DNA of 64,000 bases, taken from a virus. Its lineage: Duplodnaviria > Caudoviricetes. The position numbers and the translations under genes were made by a program. The notes beneath the pieces were generated by a model that was given only the letters and a program-made list of their open reading frames with translations, was not told where the DNA came from and did no database searches. Below, piece by piece: positions 1-9,657 of this stretch. Position 1 is the first letter of the stretch. Every line of letters begins with the position of its first letter. Location of the stretch: IMG/VR virus record IMGVR_UViG_3300021963_000022; one strand, written 5' to 3'.

Positions 1-1
1 A

Positions 2-3000
2 ATTATTTCAGAGCAACCATTGGACGTACGTGATATTGTATACGATAGTACAGCCGGTGCATATGTTATAACATCATACAATTCTACTACTCCTGTGTTG
101 ATTAGTTTTGACGCTATTACTTGGGCGTCAAGCGGCCCATTCACACCGTACGATATTGGTGGGTATGACGATGATCCTTTTGATAGAACATCTATTAACC
201 TATCTAATATGCAAATGGTCGGGGACACATATGGTAACGGCTTATATGTTAGTGTAGGTAATAGATATATTATTACCAGCGATAATGGAATAAGTTGGGA
301 GAAACGTTTCGACTTTGGTGATACAACTCGTACATTGAATGCAGTATCATATGCAAACTTAACTGCATTTGATGGCTTTGTTGCTGTGGGTGGACATACC
401 TCTACTAGTACTGGCTCTGGCACTATAACATACGGTGATATTGTAATCAGCTATGATGGTGTTAATTGGACTTATTTAACTCCTCCGTTAACTGGTTATA
501 AGCTGTATGGTGTGGCTGCTGATAGCACATATATTGTTGCTGTTGGTGAATCAGGTGTAACTTATTACACAACCAATGGTAGTAACTGGGTTACTGGACA
601 AGTATTATCTTCTGCTGACTTTTATGATTTAGTGTATGCTAATGGATTGTTTGTTGCTGTAGGTGAAGGTGGAGAAATCTATACTTCTACTGATGGACAA
701 GTATGGACAAGCAGTACATCTGGTGTCACTGATAACCTTAAAGGTGTATATTACAACGGTACTCAGTATGTAGCAGTAGGTGATAATTCTACTATATTGT
801 TTAGTTCGGATGCTATTACATGGACTAAGGTCGGATTGTTGCAACAGAATGCACCGTTCTATGACGTACAGGGTTCATCATTTGATTATGGTTATGCACC
901 GGAAGAAATGGTTGCAGGTGTAGTTAGTGATAATTTATCCATGTATGTAAAATCTAGACCAAGTGGGTCATGGGATTATCAAACATATCAGCATACTGGA
1001 TTCAGTATGGTGTCAAGAGTGGCATCACCTGATGTGAATAACACGGTAAGTTTTGATGGGTTAGTTGATATCCCTGCAACTGTATCTGTGTTTGTAGTAG
1101 ATCCTATTACGTTAATTGGAAATCGTATTTACGAAAGCACATCAGTTACTAATATCAACTACACTTATACAGTGGATTGGACTAACAAGACAATAACACT
1201 TGATAATGCATTAACTAGTAATGAAACTATCTTAATAGAAGTATATGAAGTTGGTGGCGGCAGTCAGCTTGCTAAAGATTCTACTGACAACGTTCCGTTA
1301 AGAATAAACAATATTAACGGATTTAGCGAGATACATTTGGGTTATAAATATGATAGTCAAATATATTTTACTCCTATATGTTTCTTAAATGGTGTTAAGT
1401 TAACATATATTTCTGATTTTTACTTAGATACTACAAGTCAAGGAACTACTAAGATTTCCTTCAATGATACATATGTACAAGGTGTTGACTACATCACCTA
1501 CACTATTTTTGGTAATACTGTTTCAACAGGACAACCTGAGCAATATGGTTTTAGTATCCCTGAAACACAAGTTATTGTAGCTGATGGTACTGCTACATCA
1601 TGGGCGTTAGATAATTTTGTATATTATATTTCACCGTTGGACACAGCATCACAGCTTTCAGTAAATGATACTGCTATTGTTGAAATCAATGGTATAAGAA
1701 AAACTACACCAGCAGATTTAACATATAACATTACACCTAATATCTCTGCAATTATAAGTGTGTCTGCAGCCAATGCATTCTCATTTGTTATAGCTACGTA
1801 TCCAGATATAGATAAAGTAGTTGCAGGAAGTAATATTACATTTGGATCTGATCCCACGTTGTATCCAATCACTGCAAGTAATGTAGACCCCGGTGACTCA
1901 TCATTATGGACATTAACAACTACAGGAGCACCTAGCGTATTGCCCGGTACTGGAGTAGTAGTTTCTGCTATTATCGTATTTGATACCGCACCTTCAGCAG
2001 ATGATATTGTAGCAGTAACAACTTTTAACGATACTCGTCAACAAGCATTAGTGCTAGATACTGATACTAATTTCGAAGTAAATCAAATTTATTATATCAA
2101 TAATAGTATTACACCTGTGCAACTTGTATTAGCAAATCCAATTGGATCCGGCGCTTGGGCTAATGGTACTATGATTAGAATTGATGGTATCGAAGGTAGT
2201 GTTCAGTTAAATAACAATATATTTTATGTAAAACAAAATACTACAAATACATATGCGTTATTTCTTGATCCTGCAACCACTACACCCTTGCAAAGTAAAT
2301 TAGTAAGCAAGTATGTGCGCGGTGGATATGCATGGAAAGACTCACAAGTGTTTACGGTTACACAGCCGTTGTTTACTGAGGAAGATAACAATAGAGTTTG
2401 GGTAGCTATAAACGGTGAACGTTTAAGCCCAAGTAGCTTACGTTATATAACCGGCAATGGGTTAAATTTATTGACACCTATTATATCAACAGACGTTATT
2501 ACTGTTACTAGTATGATACCTAGTGCAACACCAAATGAATTGGTATATAATCTTACAGTTGATAAGAATGCAGACACTGCAGTCTATCGTAGTAATAATA
2601 ATACTTCTACGTGGTTAACACAAGACCTACTAATAACGGATGATACTATCTATGTTAATGATGCATCACGTATGGTTGATACTTTAGTACAAACTATTCA
2701 AGTACTTAACAATGGTACTAGCTTAGTAGCTCCGGTACAAGCAGATTACGCTACAGTGCGTGAAGTCACAGTTTATAATCAAAATACATTGTCACAATTA
2801 AATCCTAGTTCATATGCATTAGTAATTATTAATACTGCTACGGTAATAGAATTTAATAGTGAAGTGTCATTAGGTGATAGAGTAATTGTAACATTGCGTG
2901 TGGGTGAAATTTTAGTAATCAATAGTGAACGAATTAGATTCAATCTAATTGACTACACAAATAATACAATATCAGGTTTGACACGTGGAATTCAGGGCAC

Positions 3001-3412
3001 AGGTGCTCAGAATGTACATTCTACTTATTCACAAGTATTCAGTTTGATTCCTACTAATGAATTGTTTAAACCTTACTATTATCAGGTATGGGATGATATT
3101 GTGTTCCAAGATATAACAACTACTGTTACCAGTACGACACCTGGTGAATTTAAGTTCTTAATAGCTACTACACCTGATATTGTAAATGTAAAAGCCGGTG
3201 CTTCTATTGTTTTTGGAACTGACCCAACCGCATTTGACATAGCAACTAGCATTAAGGATCCTAACTATCCTACATTATGGATAATAAGAACTACCGGATC
3301 TCCTGCAGTAGTTCCCGGAGATGACGCTGTGATAACATATGTATATTCGGGTAATCCGTTGCAATTAAGCACAACAGATCCTGCAAGATTCTTAAAATCC
3401 GGTAATATTTAA
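2..3412 (+). CDS. Large virion (baseplate/tail) structural protein, 5'-truncated, with N-terminal beta-propeller-like repeats
   Basis: Frame is open from position 2 to the TAA at 3410-3412. Repeats of the type VAVG..G.I..S.DG..WT in the first ~270 aa, then beta-rich sequence. Lies among tail genes. Confidence 0.75.
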   Translation: MISEQPLDVRDIVYDSTAGAYVITSYNSTTPVLISFDAITWASSGPFTPYDIGGYDDDPFDRTSINLSNMQMVGDTYGNGLYVSVGNRYIITSDNGISWEKRFDFGDTTRTLNAVSYANLTAFDGFVAVGGHTSTSTGSGTITYGDIVISYDGVNWTYLTPPLTGYKLYGVAADSTYIVAVGESGVTYYTTNGSNWVTGQVLSSADFYDLVYANGLFVAVGEGGEIYTSTDGQVWTSSTSGVTDNLKGVYYNGTQYVAVGDNSTILFSSDAITWTKVGLLQQNAPFYDVQGSSFDYGYAPEEMVAGVVSDNLSMYVKSRPSGSWDYQTYQHTGFSMVSRVASPDVNNTVSFDGLVDIPATVSVFVVDPITLIGNRIYESTSVTNINYTYTVDWTNKTITLDNALTSNETILIEVYEVGGGSQLAKDSTDNVPLRINNINGFSEIHLGYKYDSQIYFTPICFLNGVKLTYISDFYLDTTSQGTTKISFNDTYVQGVDYITYTIFGNTVSTGQPEQYGFSIPETQVIVADGTATSWALDNFVYYISPLDTASQLSVNDTAIVEINGIRKTTPADLTYNITPNISAIISVSAANAFSFVIATYPDIDKVVAGSNITFGSDPTLYPITASNVDPGDSSLWTLTTTGAPSVLPGTGVVVSAIIVFDTAPSADDIVAVTTFNDTRQQALVLDTDTNFEVNQIYYINNSITPVQLVLANPIGSGAWANGTMIRIDGIEGSVQLNNNIFYVKQNTTNTYALFLDPATTTPLQSKLVSKYVRGGYAWKDSQVFTVTQPLFTEEDNNRVWVAINGERLSPSSLRYITGNGLNLLTPIISTDVITVTSMIPSATPNELVYNLTVDKNADTAVYRSNNNTSTWLTQDLLITDDTIYVNDASRMVDTLVQTIQVLNNGTSLVAPVQADYATVREVTVYNQNTLSQLNPSSYALVIINTATVIEFNSEVSLGDRVIVTLRVGEILVINSERIRFNLIDYTNNTISGLTRGIQGTGAQNVHSTYSQVFSLIPTNELFKPYYYQVWDDIVFQDITTTVTSTTPGEFKFLIATTPDIVNVKAGASIVFGTDPTAFDIATSIKDPNYPTLWIIRTTGSPAVVPGDDAVITYVYSGNPLQLSTTDPARFLKSGNI

Positions 3413-3429
3413 AAGATAAATATATTATT

Positions 3430-3582
3430 ATGAATAACGATAAAACCGAAAATGTTGTTGAAGAAAAGGCTGAAATAGGGCCCAAACCTGATGAAACAGG
3501 TGGGTTTTACTTTAGCACCTTTATAAAGATAACCGACCCGGACACTAACGAAGTTTTACTTCAAGCACGAGGCGATAACTAA
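3430..3582 (+). CDS. Small hypothetical protein, 50 aa (MNNDKTENVV...LLQARGDN)
   Basis: Read by hand. Its TAA overlaps the next ATG (TAATG at 3580-3584). TAAATA late-promoter motif at 3417-3422. Confidence 0.7.
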   Translation: MNNDKTENVVEEKAEIGPKPDETGGFYFSTFIKITDPDTNEVLLQARGDN

Positions 3583-4202
3583 TGTCAAATATAATGATTC
3601 CAATGAAAATTGAGGGCTTTTTAAAAGTCTATGACCCCAACAGTAATGAGGTATTTGTAGACAAAAAGAATGCGATACACTATGAAAACATTAGTGAAGC
3701 TATTGCTTACACGTTGAGCAGTAGAGGTTTTGGTCAGATTTACAAGATGGCGTTCGGTAATGGTGGTGCAAGCGTAGATGAAACTGGTATTATTACATAC
3801 CTACCTCCTAATACAACTGGACAAAATGCCGCACTATATAATCAAACATACGCAAAAATAGTTGATGATACAAATGTTTTAAACACGGATCCTACAAGAA
3901 ATAAGATGACAGTAAGTCACGTGTCGGGAAAAGTATACTCAGATATCATAGTTCAATGTTTATTGGATTACGGTGAGCCTCCTGGTCAAAGCGCATTTGA
4001 CAATGGAAACCAATTAGAAAGTAGCTATACATTCGATGAAATCGGGTTATTAGCAGATTACGGTCGAGACAATACGGGAAATGAGCTAACTAAGTTACTT
4101 ACTCACGTAATATTTCACCCCGTACAAAAGAGTCTGAATAGACAAATTCAGATAGATTATACGATCAGAATCCAGAGCTTAACAAACCTGGTCACAATTT
4201 AA
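3582..4202 (+). CDS. Virion structural protein (baseplate/tail region), function unassigned
   Basis: 206-aa ORF translationally coupled within the tail gene run. Confidence 0.6.
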   Translation: MSNIMIPMKIEGFLKVYDPNSNEVFVDKKNAIHYENISEAIAYTLSSRGFGQIYKMAFGNGGASVDETGIITYLPPNTTGQNAALYNQTYAKIVDDTNVLNTDPTRNKMTVSHVSGKVYSDIIVQCLLDYGEPPGQSAFDNGNQLESSYTFDEIGLLADYGRDNTGNELTKLLTHVIFHPVQKSLNRQIQIDYTIRIQSLTNLVTI

Positions 4203-4233
4203 GATAAATACTTGCAATAGTCGGAGCAAATAA

Positions 4234-5466
4234 ATGGCATATACAATCATACGAAGCGATGGTAGCACACTAACAACAATAGCTGATGGTACCATAAACA
4301 CCAGTAGTAGTTCTATCGGTTTACCGGGCAGGAACTTCTCAGGTTACGGACAAACATTAGATACTAATATGGTTAGAATAGTGGAAAACTTTGCGGCAAA
4401 CACACCGCCATCAAACCCTATTCGAGGTCAACTATGGTACGATATTACTGGTACAGGGACATTAAAAGTTTGTCCAGCTGACGGTACAACAAATTCAGCG
4501 GCATGGTATACTCTTACTACTACTAGTTCAGGTGGTAATGCTACTTTTGCTAACTTAACAGTTACTGGTAATGTGATTGCTAATAATGCCAGTATAGCAG
4601 GTAATATTATAGGTGATACGATAACTGTACGTTTAGCAACGGTATCCGACACTTTATCAGCGGGCACAGCAGGAATCACAACTGCTACTATGGGTACTGC
4701 AGTTACTGGTTTAATAACAACATCAGCTAACTTAACATCGGCTCCGAGTACAGCAGGTTCTATGTATGGTAGATGGACAGTGTACGGCAATTCTACTGGT
4801 AATGCAATGTTCGTTTCTACCGGTAATATTACATTTTCACCTAGTAGTGTTAACGGTATCAAGTGTGATAACTATATGTACGCAAACGGTGTATCTTTTA
4901 ACCCATCAGGCTCATATACCAACTCTAACGTGTTTGACTATTTAACCGGTGCAAATGCCGTAACGCAGTTTACTGGAAACATCGCACCAACTAAAGTTAC
5001 TACTACTGCAATTGCAGGTGGCGGTACAGTTACTGGTACATGGACATTAGGCTCAGGCGCTCGTTGGCAAGCAACATTCGCTGACTTGGCAGAACGTTTT
5101 GAAGCTGATGCAGTTTATGCTCCAGGCACAGTCGTTGAGATTGGTGGAGAAAAAGAAATCACTGCAGTATCTTCTGATTTAAGTGAAGATGTATTCGGTG
5201 TTGTATCTAATACAGCGGCATACTTGATGAATCAAGGTGCAGGAAATGATGAAACTCACCCTCCTATCGCATTGAGTGGACGTGTTACTGTAAATGTGAC
5301 AGGTGTAGTTAAGAAGGGTGATAGATTGGTAAGTGCCGGTAAAGGTCTTGCTAGAGCAGGTAATAAGAGTGAATTAACCGCATTCAATGTAATTGGTCGT
5401 TCACTTACGACTAAAAATGATGAAGGTGTAGGAACAGTATTAGCTGTAGTGAACATAAGGGTATAA
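4234..5466 (+). CDS. Tail fibre/baseplate protein with C-terminal peptidase G2-like intramolecular chaperone domain
   Basis: Thr/Gly/Asn-rich body. C-terminal ADLAERFEAD...FGVVS...PIALSGRV...KKGDRLV pattern. SD GGAG, and TAAATA at 4205-4210. Confidence 0.65.
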   Translation: MAYTIIRSDGSTLTTIADGTINTSSSSIGLPGRNFSGYGQTLDTNMVRIVENFAANTPPSNPIRGQLWYDITGTGTLKVCPADGTTNSAAWYTLTTTSSGGNATFANLTVTGNVIANNASIAGNIIGDTITVRLATVSDTLSAGTAGITTATMGTAVTGLITTSANLTSAPSTAGSMYGRWTVYGNSTGNAMFVSTGNITFSPSSVNGIKCDNYMYANGVSFNPSGSYTNSNVFDYLTGANAVTQFTGNIAPTKVTTTAIAGGGTVTGTWTLGSGARWQATFADLAERFEADAVYAPGTVVEIGGEKEITAVSSDLSEDVFGVVSNTAAYLMNQGAGNDETHPPIALSGRVTVNVTGVVKKGDRLVSAGKGLARAGNKSELTAFNVIGRSLTTKNDEGVGTVLAVVNIRV

Positions 5467-5467
5467 C

Positions 5468-6421
5468 ATGGCTTTTAGTGCAAACGGTTTAATAGACGCA
5501 GCATCCTTTAATAATTTAGCAACTAACTCATCTTCGGGAGCTAGTGTTAATAGTCTGTATAACACTGGTACAGGGATGTATGGTTACGGGCAACTTAGCC
5601 CGATAGCTAATGTTGCACTAGGAGACATAGTAACTAGTTCACAATGGACTAGCTTAAATACTAGAATTACTGCGATGGGAAACCATCAAGGTACTGGATT
5701 AGGACTTCTTCCTAGCACTGCAGTGAATAGTCTTATTACATACGATGCAGATTATCCTAACAATATTGCATTATTAAAAACTAGGGCGTTATATGCCGTT
5801 GCACAAGGGACTACTTCTTCTGTAACAACTCAATGTACTTCTACTTGGAGTAATTCTTGTACATTTACTCAAACAATAACGTTCTCTTCAGGTGATGCCG
5901 CTAGATACTTTTTTAATAGTGGCGGACAACTTAAATTTACATTCTCATCACCTATAGGTCCTAGTTATACAGTTAATTACGTGATGAATAAGTTAGCAGA
6001 AGATGCGGGTACACTTGTATTAAGTGCACCAAGTAGCGGCAAGACTGTTATTGCAATTACTGACTATAACGGAATAACACAAAAGAATTCTCAAGCCCCT
6101 CCGGTTATATTAGATGCTAATAAAGGTTATTACGGTTTAACCACATCATACTCTACTGTATTCAAGCAATTAGCAAGATTTGGTATTGTTACATATACAG
6201 GTTCATTTATTAAAGTTGATATGAAAACAAACGGTCCTGTAGGTTCAAATCAGGACAACGGTAATATAATCACTGTAACAATTCTATGGGATGAAGTTCC
6301 TAATGGATTAACGGTAAATGCAGGAACTTCCGTAACTTGCATTGTTGTACCACCGTCTACTACTTACTTAAATAACGTTTGGGGAACACCTACAGTTACT
6401 GGAAGTTTTGTAGCGGTATAA
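5468..6421 (+). CDS. Tail-associated structural protein, paralog A
   Basis: Shares GYGQ, HQ.T.L, TF.SGD.AR.FFN.GGQL and NGN.IT motifs with 6723-7721. Confidence 0.6.
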   Translation: MAFSANGLIDAASFNNLATNSSSGASVNSLYNTGTGMYGYGQLSPIANVALGDIVTSSQWTSLNTRITAMGNHQGTGLGLLPSTAVNSLITYDADYPNNIALLKTRALYAVAQGTTSSVTTQCTSTWSNSCTFTQTITFSSGDAARYFFNSGGQLKFTFSSPIGPSYTVNYVMNKLAEDAGTLVLSAPSSGKTVIAITDYNGITQKNSQAPPVILDANKGYYGLTTSYSTVFKQLARFGIVTYTGSFIKVDMKTNGPVGSNQDNGNIITVTILWDEVPNGLTVNAGTSVTCIVVPPSTTYLNNVWGTPTVTGSFVAV

Positions 6422-6422
6422 T

Positions 6423-6722
6423 ATGCAACAGGTTGAATTTAGACTTTATTACGATGATAACGGTAGTGTGTTGTTTTACACATGTGAAAAGCCTGAGGGA
6501 AAATACATTGTAATTGATAGTTTGGTATATGCGGCATGTAGAATGGATATAAAAATTGTCGATGGTAATATTGTAAAAAAATCTCAAGCAGTTTTTTCAC
6601 AACTAGTTCAGACTATAGATGGTATTGCATGTACTAAAGAAGATATATCTATACTAGTATCTGATGATTATTCTAATATCAATAACTGGGATATACAAAT
6701 ACGTACTGTTAAGGGGGCATAA
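6423..6722 (+). CDS. Small hypothetical protein (FRLYYD family)
   Basis: 99 aa, homologous by eye to the first 100 aa of ORF 9647-10912. Confidence 0.7.
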   Translation: MQQVEFRLYYDDNGSVLFYTCEKPEGKYIVIDSLVYAACRMDIKIVDGNIVKKSQAVFSQLVQTIDGIACTKEDISILVSDDYSNINNWDIQIRTVKGA

Positions 6723-7721
6723 ATGGCTTACGAACAATCTGGTAAAATTGAAGCCGTCGATGTTGTAAATCAGTTAATAGGACCCGTACCTACAGCCCAA
6801 AGACTTAACACATTATGGGGTTACGGATTTGGAAACAGAGGGTACGGACAGTCACCATTATTACCAAACGTTAACGTAGGTGATCCGGTACTTGCATCAG
6901 ATTGGAATGGGATGAAAAATTTAACTAATACGATAGCCCAACATCAGGCTACTCTTTTAAGTTACAGTGTCCCTAAGGATACGTTTGCTCCTGGCATTAA
7001 CATATTATATAACCAAGGTCTTACTAAAACTTATATTGATAAAATAGACACAAATAGAATGTCTAGTGCGGTTCAAGGTAATTATTCTGTATATACAGTA
7101 GAAAATGCTTTTTCATGGACTAACAAGTTAACATATACAATGACTGCAACGTTTCCGACTGGTGACTCAGCTAGATTCTTTTTTAATTGCGGTGGCCAAC
7201 TAGCAGTCAGAACTTGGCAACCCGGATATCAGTCAGGAGTTCCGACACGATTGATGATTTCTAGATTGGCACAGGAAGCAGGCACTATATATTGGTCTGC
7301 TATGGCTGGCGGCTCTACTAAAACTAAAATAGCAGGTGTGGAATTTGCCGCTACTACTAAAATAGGCGGTTCAGGTACTCCTGGGTCTATTTCAGGATCA
7401 CAAGATTACTTTCAACCAACTACTTATACCTCTACCCCTGTCAGTATTTTTAAACAAACGGTAAGTAATGGGGTTCCTGGATACGATGCTTCTTTTATTG
7501 AAGTGTTGGTAAATACTAGCGGAGATAAAGGATCCTATGGAGCTAATGGTAATGTTATTACTTTGAAACTAGTAGTAGATGTGGCTCCTTATAGTACTTC
7601 AATAGCAGCCGGCGGTATTGGATACCTCTATGTCATCCCTCCGATCGTCAGTTCACAATCATACTTGACCCAAGAATCTTGGGGAATACCTTCAGTGGTT
7701 ATGTCTGTAACAGCACAGTAA
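6723..7721 (+). CDS. Tail-associated structural protein, paralog B
   Basis: Paralog of 5468-6421 (shared motifs). Confidence 0.6.
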   Translation: MAYEQSGKIEAVDVVNQLIGPVPTAQRLNTLWGYGFGNRGYGQSPLLPNVNVGDPVLASDWNGMKNLTNTIAQHQATLLSYSVPKDTFAPGINILYNQGLTKTYIDKIDTNRMSSAVQGNYSVYTVENAFSWTNKLTYTMTATFPTGDSARFFFNCGGQLAVRTWQPGYQSGVPTRLMISRLAQEAGTIYWSAMAGGSTKTKIAGVEFAATTKIGGSGTPGSISGSQDYFQPTTYTSTPVSIFKQTVSNGVPGYDASFIEVLVNTSGDKGSYGANGNVITLKLVVDVAPYSTSIAAGGIGYLYVIPPIVSSQSYLTQESWGIPSVVMSVTAQ

Positions 7722-7773
7722 TTAAATTTAATTAGGTAACTGTACTACTATCTAAATACTTTTAGGAGTATGT

Positions 7774-8079
7774 ATGGACACCAAACAATTATTGACTGAA
7801 GTTAAAGCACGGTTTAATCACAACTTAGCTAAAGAATATCTCAAAGACAAATACGAAAGCAAACTAATATTTGCTGAACAAGGTGGGTTGTGGAAAGCAT
7901 CTACTGACCTGTTAACTTTTCTAAATTCTTCAACAGATGAAACACTTATACTACTTGATAGTTACCAAAATCCAGTAAAAGTTACACGCATCACCATATT
8001 AGCCAAAACTAAAGAAGTATATAATACTGTTATGTTTGATTGGTTAGCTGAATGGAAACAATTAGAAAGTAAAAGATGA
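7774..8079 (+). CDS. Hypothetical protein, first gene of the glycan island
   Basis: 101-aa ORF with SD AGGAG and TAAATA at 7753-7758. Confidence 0.75.
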   Translation: MDTKQLLTEVKARFNHNLAKEYLKDKYESKLIFAEQGGLWKASTDLLTFLNSSTDETLILLDSYQNPVKVTRITILAKTKEVYNTVMFDWLAEWKQLESKR

Positions 8080-8867
8080 AGGGAGCTGTGTTATTTGCTT
8101 TCAACAATGAAACTACTGATTACGTTGAAATGGCAATCTTTACGGCTAAACGAGTTAATAGGTTCTTGAACTTACCGGTAACGTTAATAACTGATAGCAC
8201 CACTGACTTAACCAAATATGATTACACATTTGATAAAATAGTACACGTTGAAAGTGTTAGAGATAATAAACGAAACCATAGTACTTGGGTGAACAAAGGT
8301 AGATATCAAGCATTTGAACTTAGTCCATATGATGAGACATTAGTATTGGATGTTGACTACGTAGTCAACAGTGATCGTTTACTAAAAACGTTTGACATAT
8401 ATGATAACTTTATGTGTCATAAAGAAATTAACTTTCTGATGGCACCTAGTGACACACAAGAAAGAGTGGGCTACTCGGGAATAGATAGTGTGTGGGCAAC
8501 CACACTCACCTTTAATAAATCCAAATATGCAGAGCACATTTTTAATTGTGTAAAAATGGTACAAGATAACTACCAACACTATGTTCAATTGCACGGTATT
8601 ACTTTACCTTACTATAGAAATGATTATGCGTTTGCGATTGCATTACGTATTGTAAATGGGCACATAGATAACCAAAGATCATTCATGCCATGGAAGTTAT
8701 TACATGTTGGTCCTGGAACGCACGTGTACAAAGAATCAGATACTGAATACACCTTATTGCATGATACAATGAAGAATAACAAACTGAAGAAAGAATATAT
8801 TACAATCAAAGACTTAGACTTTCATATGCTAAACAAAAACAACTTTGCGGAGATTATTCATGAATAA
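8076..8867 (+). CDS. GT-A-fold glycosyltransferase-like protein
   Basis: SPYDETLVLDVDY (DxD motif). Paralog of the next gene. ATGA overlap. Confidence 0.6.
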   Translation: MKGAVLFAFNNETTDYVEMAIFTAKRVNRFLNLPVTLITDSTTDLTKYDYTFDKIVHVESVRDNKRNHSTWVNKGRYQAFELSPYDETLVLDVDYVVNSDRLLKTFDIYDNFMCHKEINFLMAPSDTQERVGYSGIDSVWATTLTFNKSKYAEHIFNCVKMVQDNYQHYVQLHGITLPYYRNDYAFAIALRIVNGHIDNQRSFMPWKLLHVGPGTHVYKESDTEYTLLHDTMKNNKLKKEYITIKDLDFHMLNKNNFAEIIHE

Positions 8868-9657
8868 AGGTTATGTTATATTAGCACAAAACACGCATGA
8901 GATAGACTATGTAGGATGTGCAGAAGCTTTAGCATTAAGTATAAAAAAAGCAATGCCCGAATCTAATATAACGTTGATTAGTGATAATCAAAGCGATTGT
9001 TCAGCCTTCGATAACATTGTTGCATTACCGTACGGAGATTTAGCACCAACTAGTAATTGGAAATTAATCAATGACTGGCAAGTATACGAAGCAAGCCCAT
9101 ATGACTATACAATCAAGTTAGAAGCTGATATGATTGTACCTAGTAATATTGACTATTATTGGGATGCCTTTAAGGATCGTGATTTAGTTGTATCAACTGA
9201 CATTCGAAACTACAGGGGAGACATTGTAAAAGATGTGTACTATCGACAGTTTATTATCAACAACAATTTACCTAACTGTTATAACGCACTTACGTATTTC
9301 AGAAAAAGTGAATTGGCAAAGCAATTCTTTGAACTTGTAAAAGATATTTTTAAAAACTGGGAACAATATAAACTAATACTAAAATGCAAGTCAACCGAAG
9401 AAGTATCTACTGATTGGGCTTATAGTATAGCATGTCATATACTGGGTATTGAAAATACAACTATGAATTCTTATGACAAGTTTACTATGGTTCATATGAA
9501 GCAAATGATTAATGACTTAGCAACTAATGATTGGACACAAGAACTAGTAACTGAGTTTACAGAGAATGGATTTAGAATTAACACCTTTGTACAAAAGCAC
9601 CCTTTTCACTATCATGTTAAGGATTTTAATAAAGTAGTGAAAAAGAATGTCAGATGA
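8860..9657 (+). CDS. GT-A-fold glycosyltransferase-like protein (paralog of 8076-8867)
   Basis: SPYDYTIKLEADM motif at the equivalent position. Start taken at the overlapping ATG 8860. Confidence 0.6.
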   Translation: MNKGYVILAQNTHEIDYVGCAEALALSIKKAMPESNITLISDNQSDCSAFDNIVALPYGDLAPTSNWKLINDWQVYEASPYDYTIKLEADMIVPSNIDYYWDAFKDRDLVVSTDIRNYRGDIVKDVYYRQFIINNNLPNCYNALTYFRKSELAKQFFELVKDIFKNWEQYKLILKCKSTEEVSTDWAYSIACHILGIENTTMNSYDKFTMVHMKQMINDLATNDWTQELVTEFTENGFRINTFVQKHPFHYHVKDFNKVVKKNVR

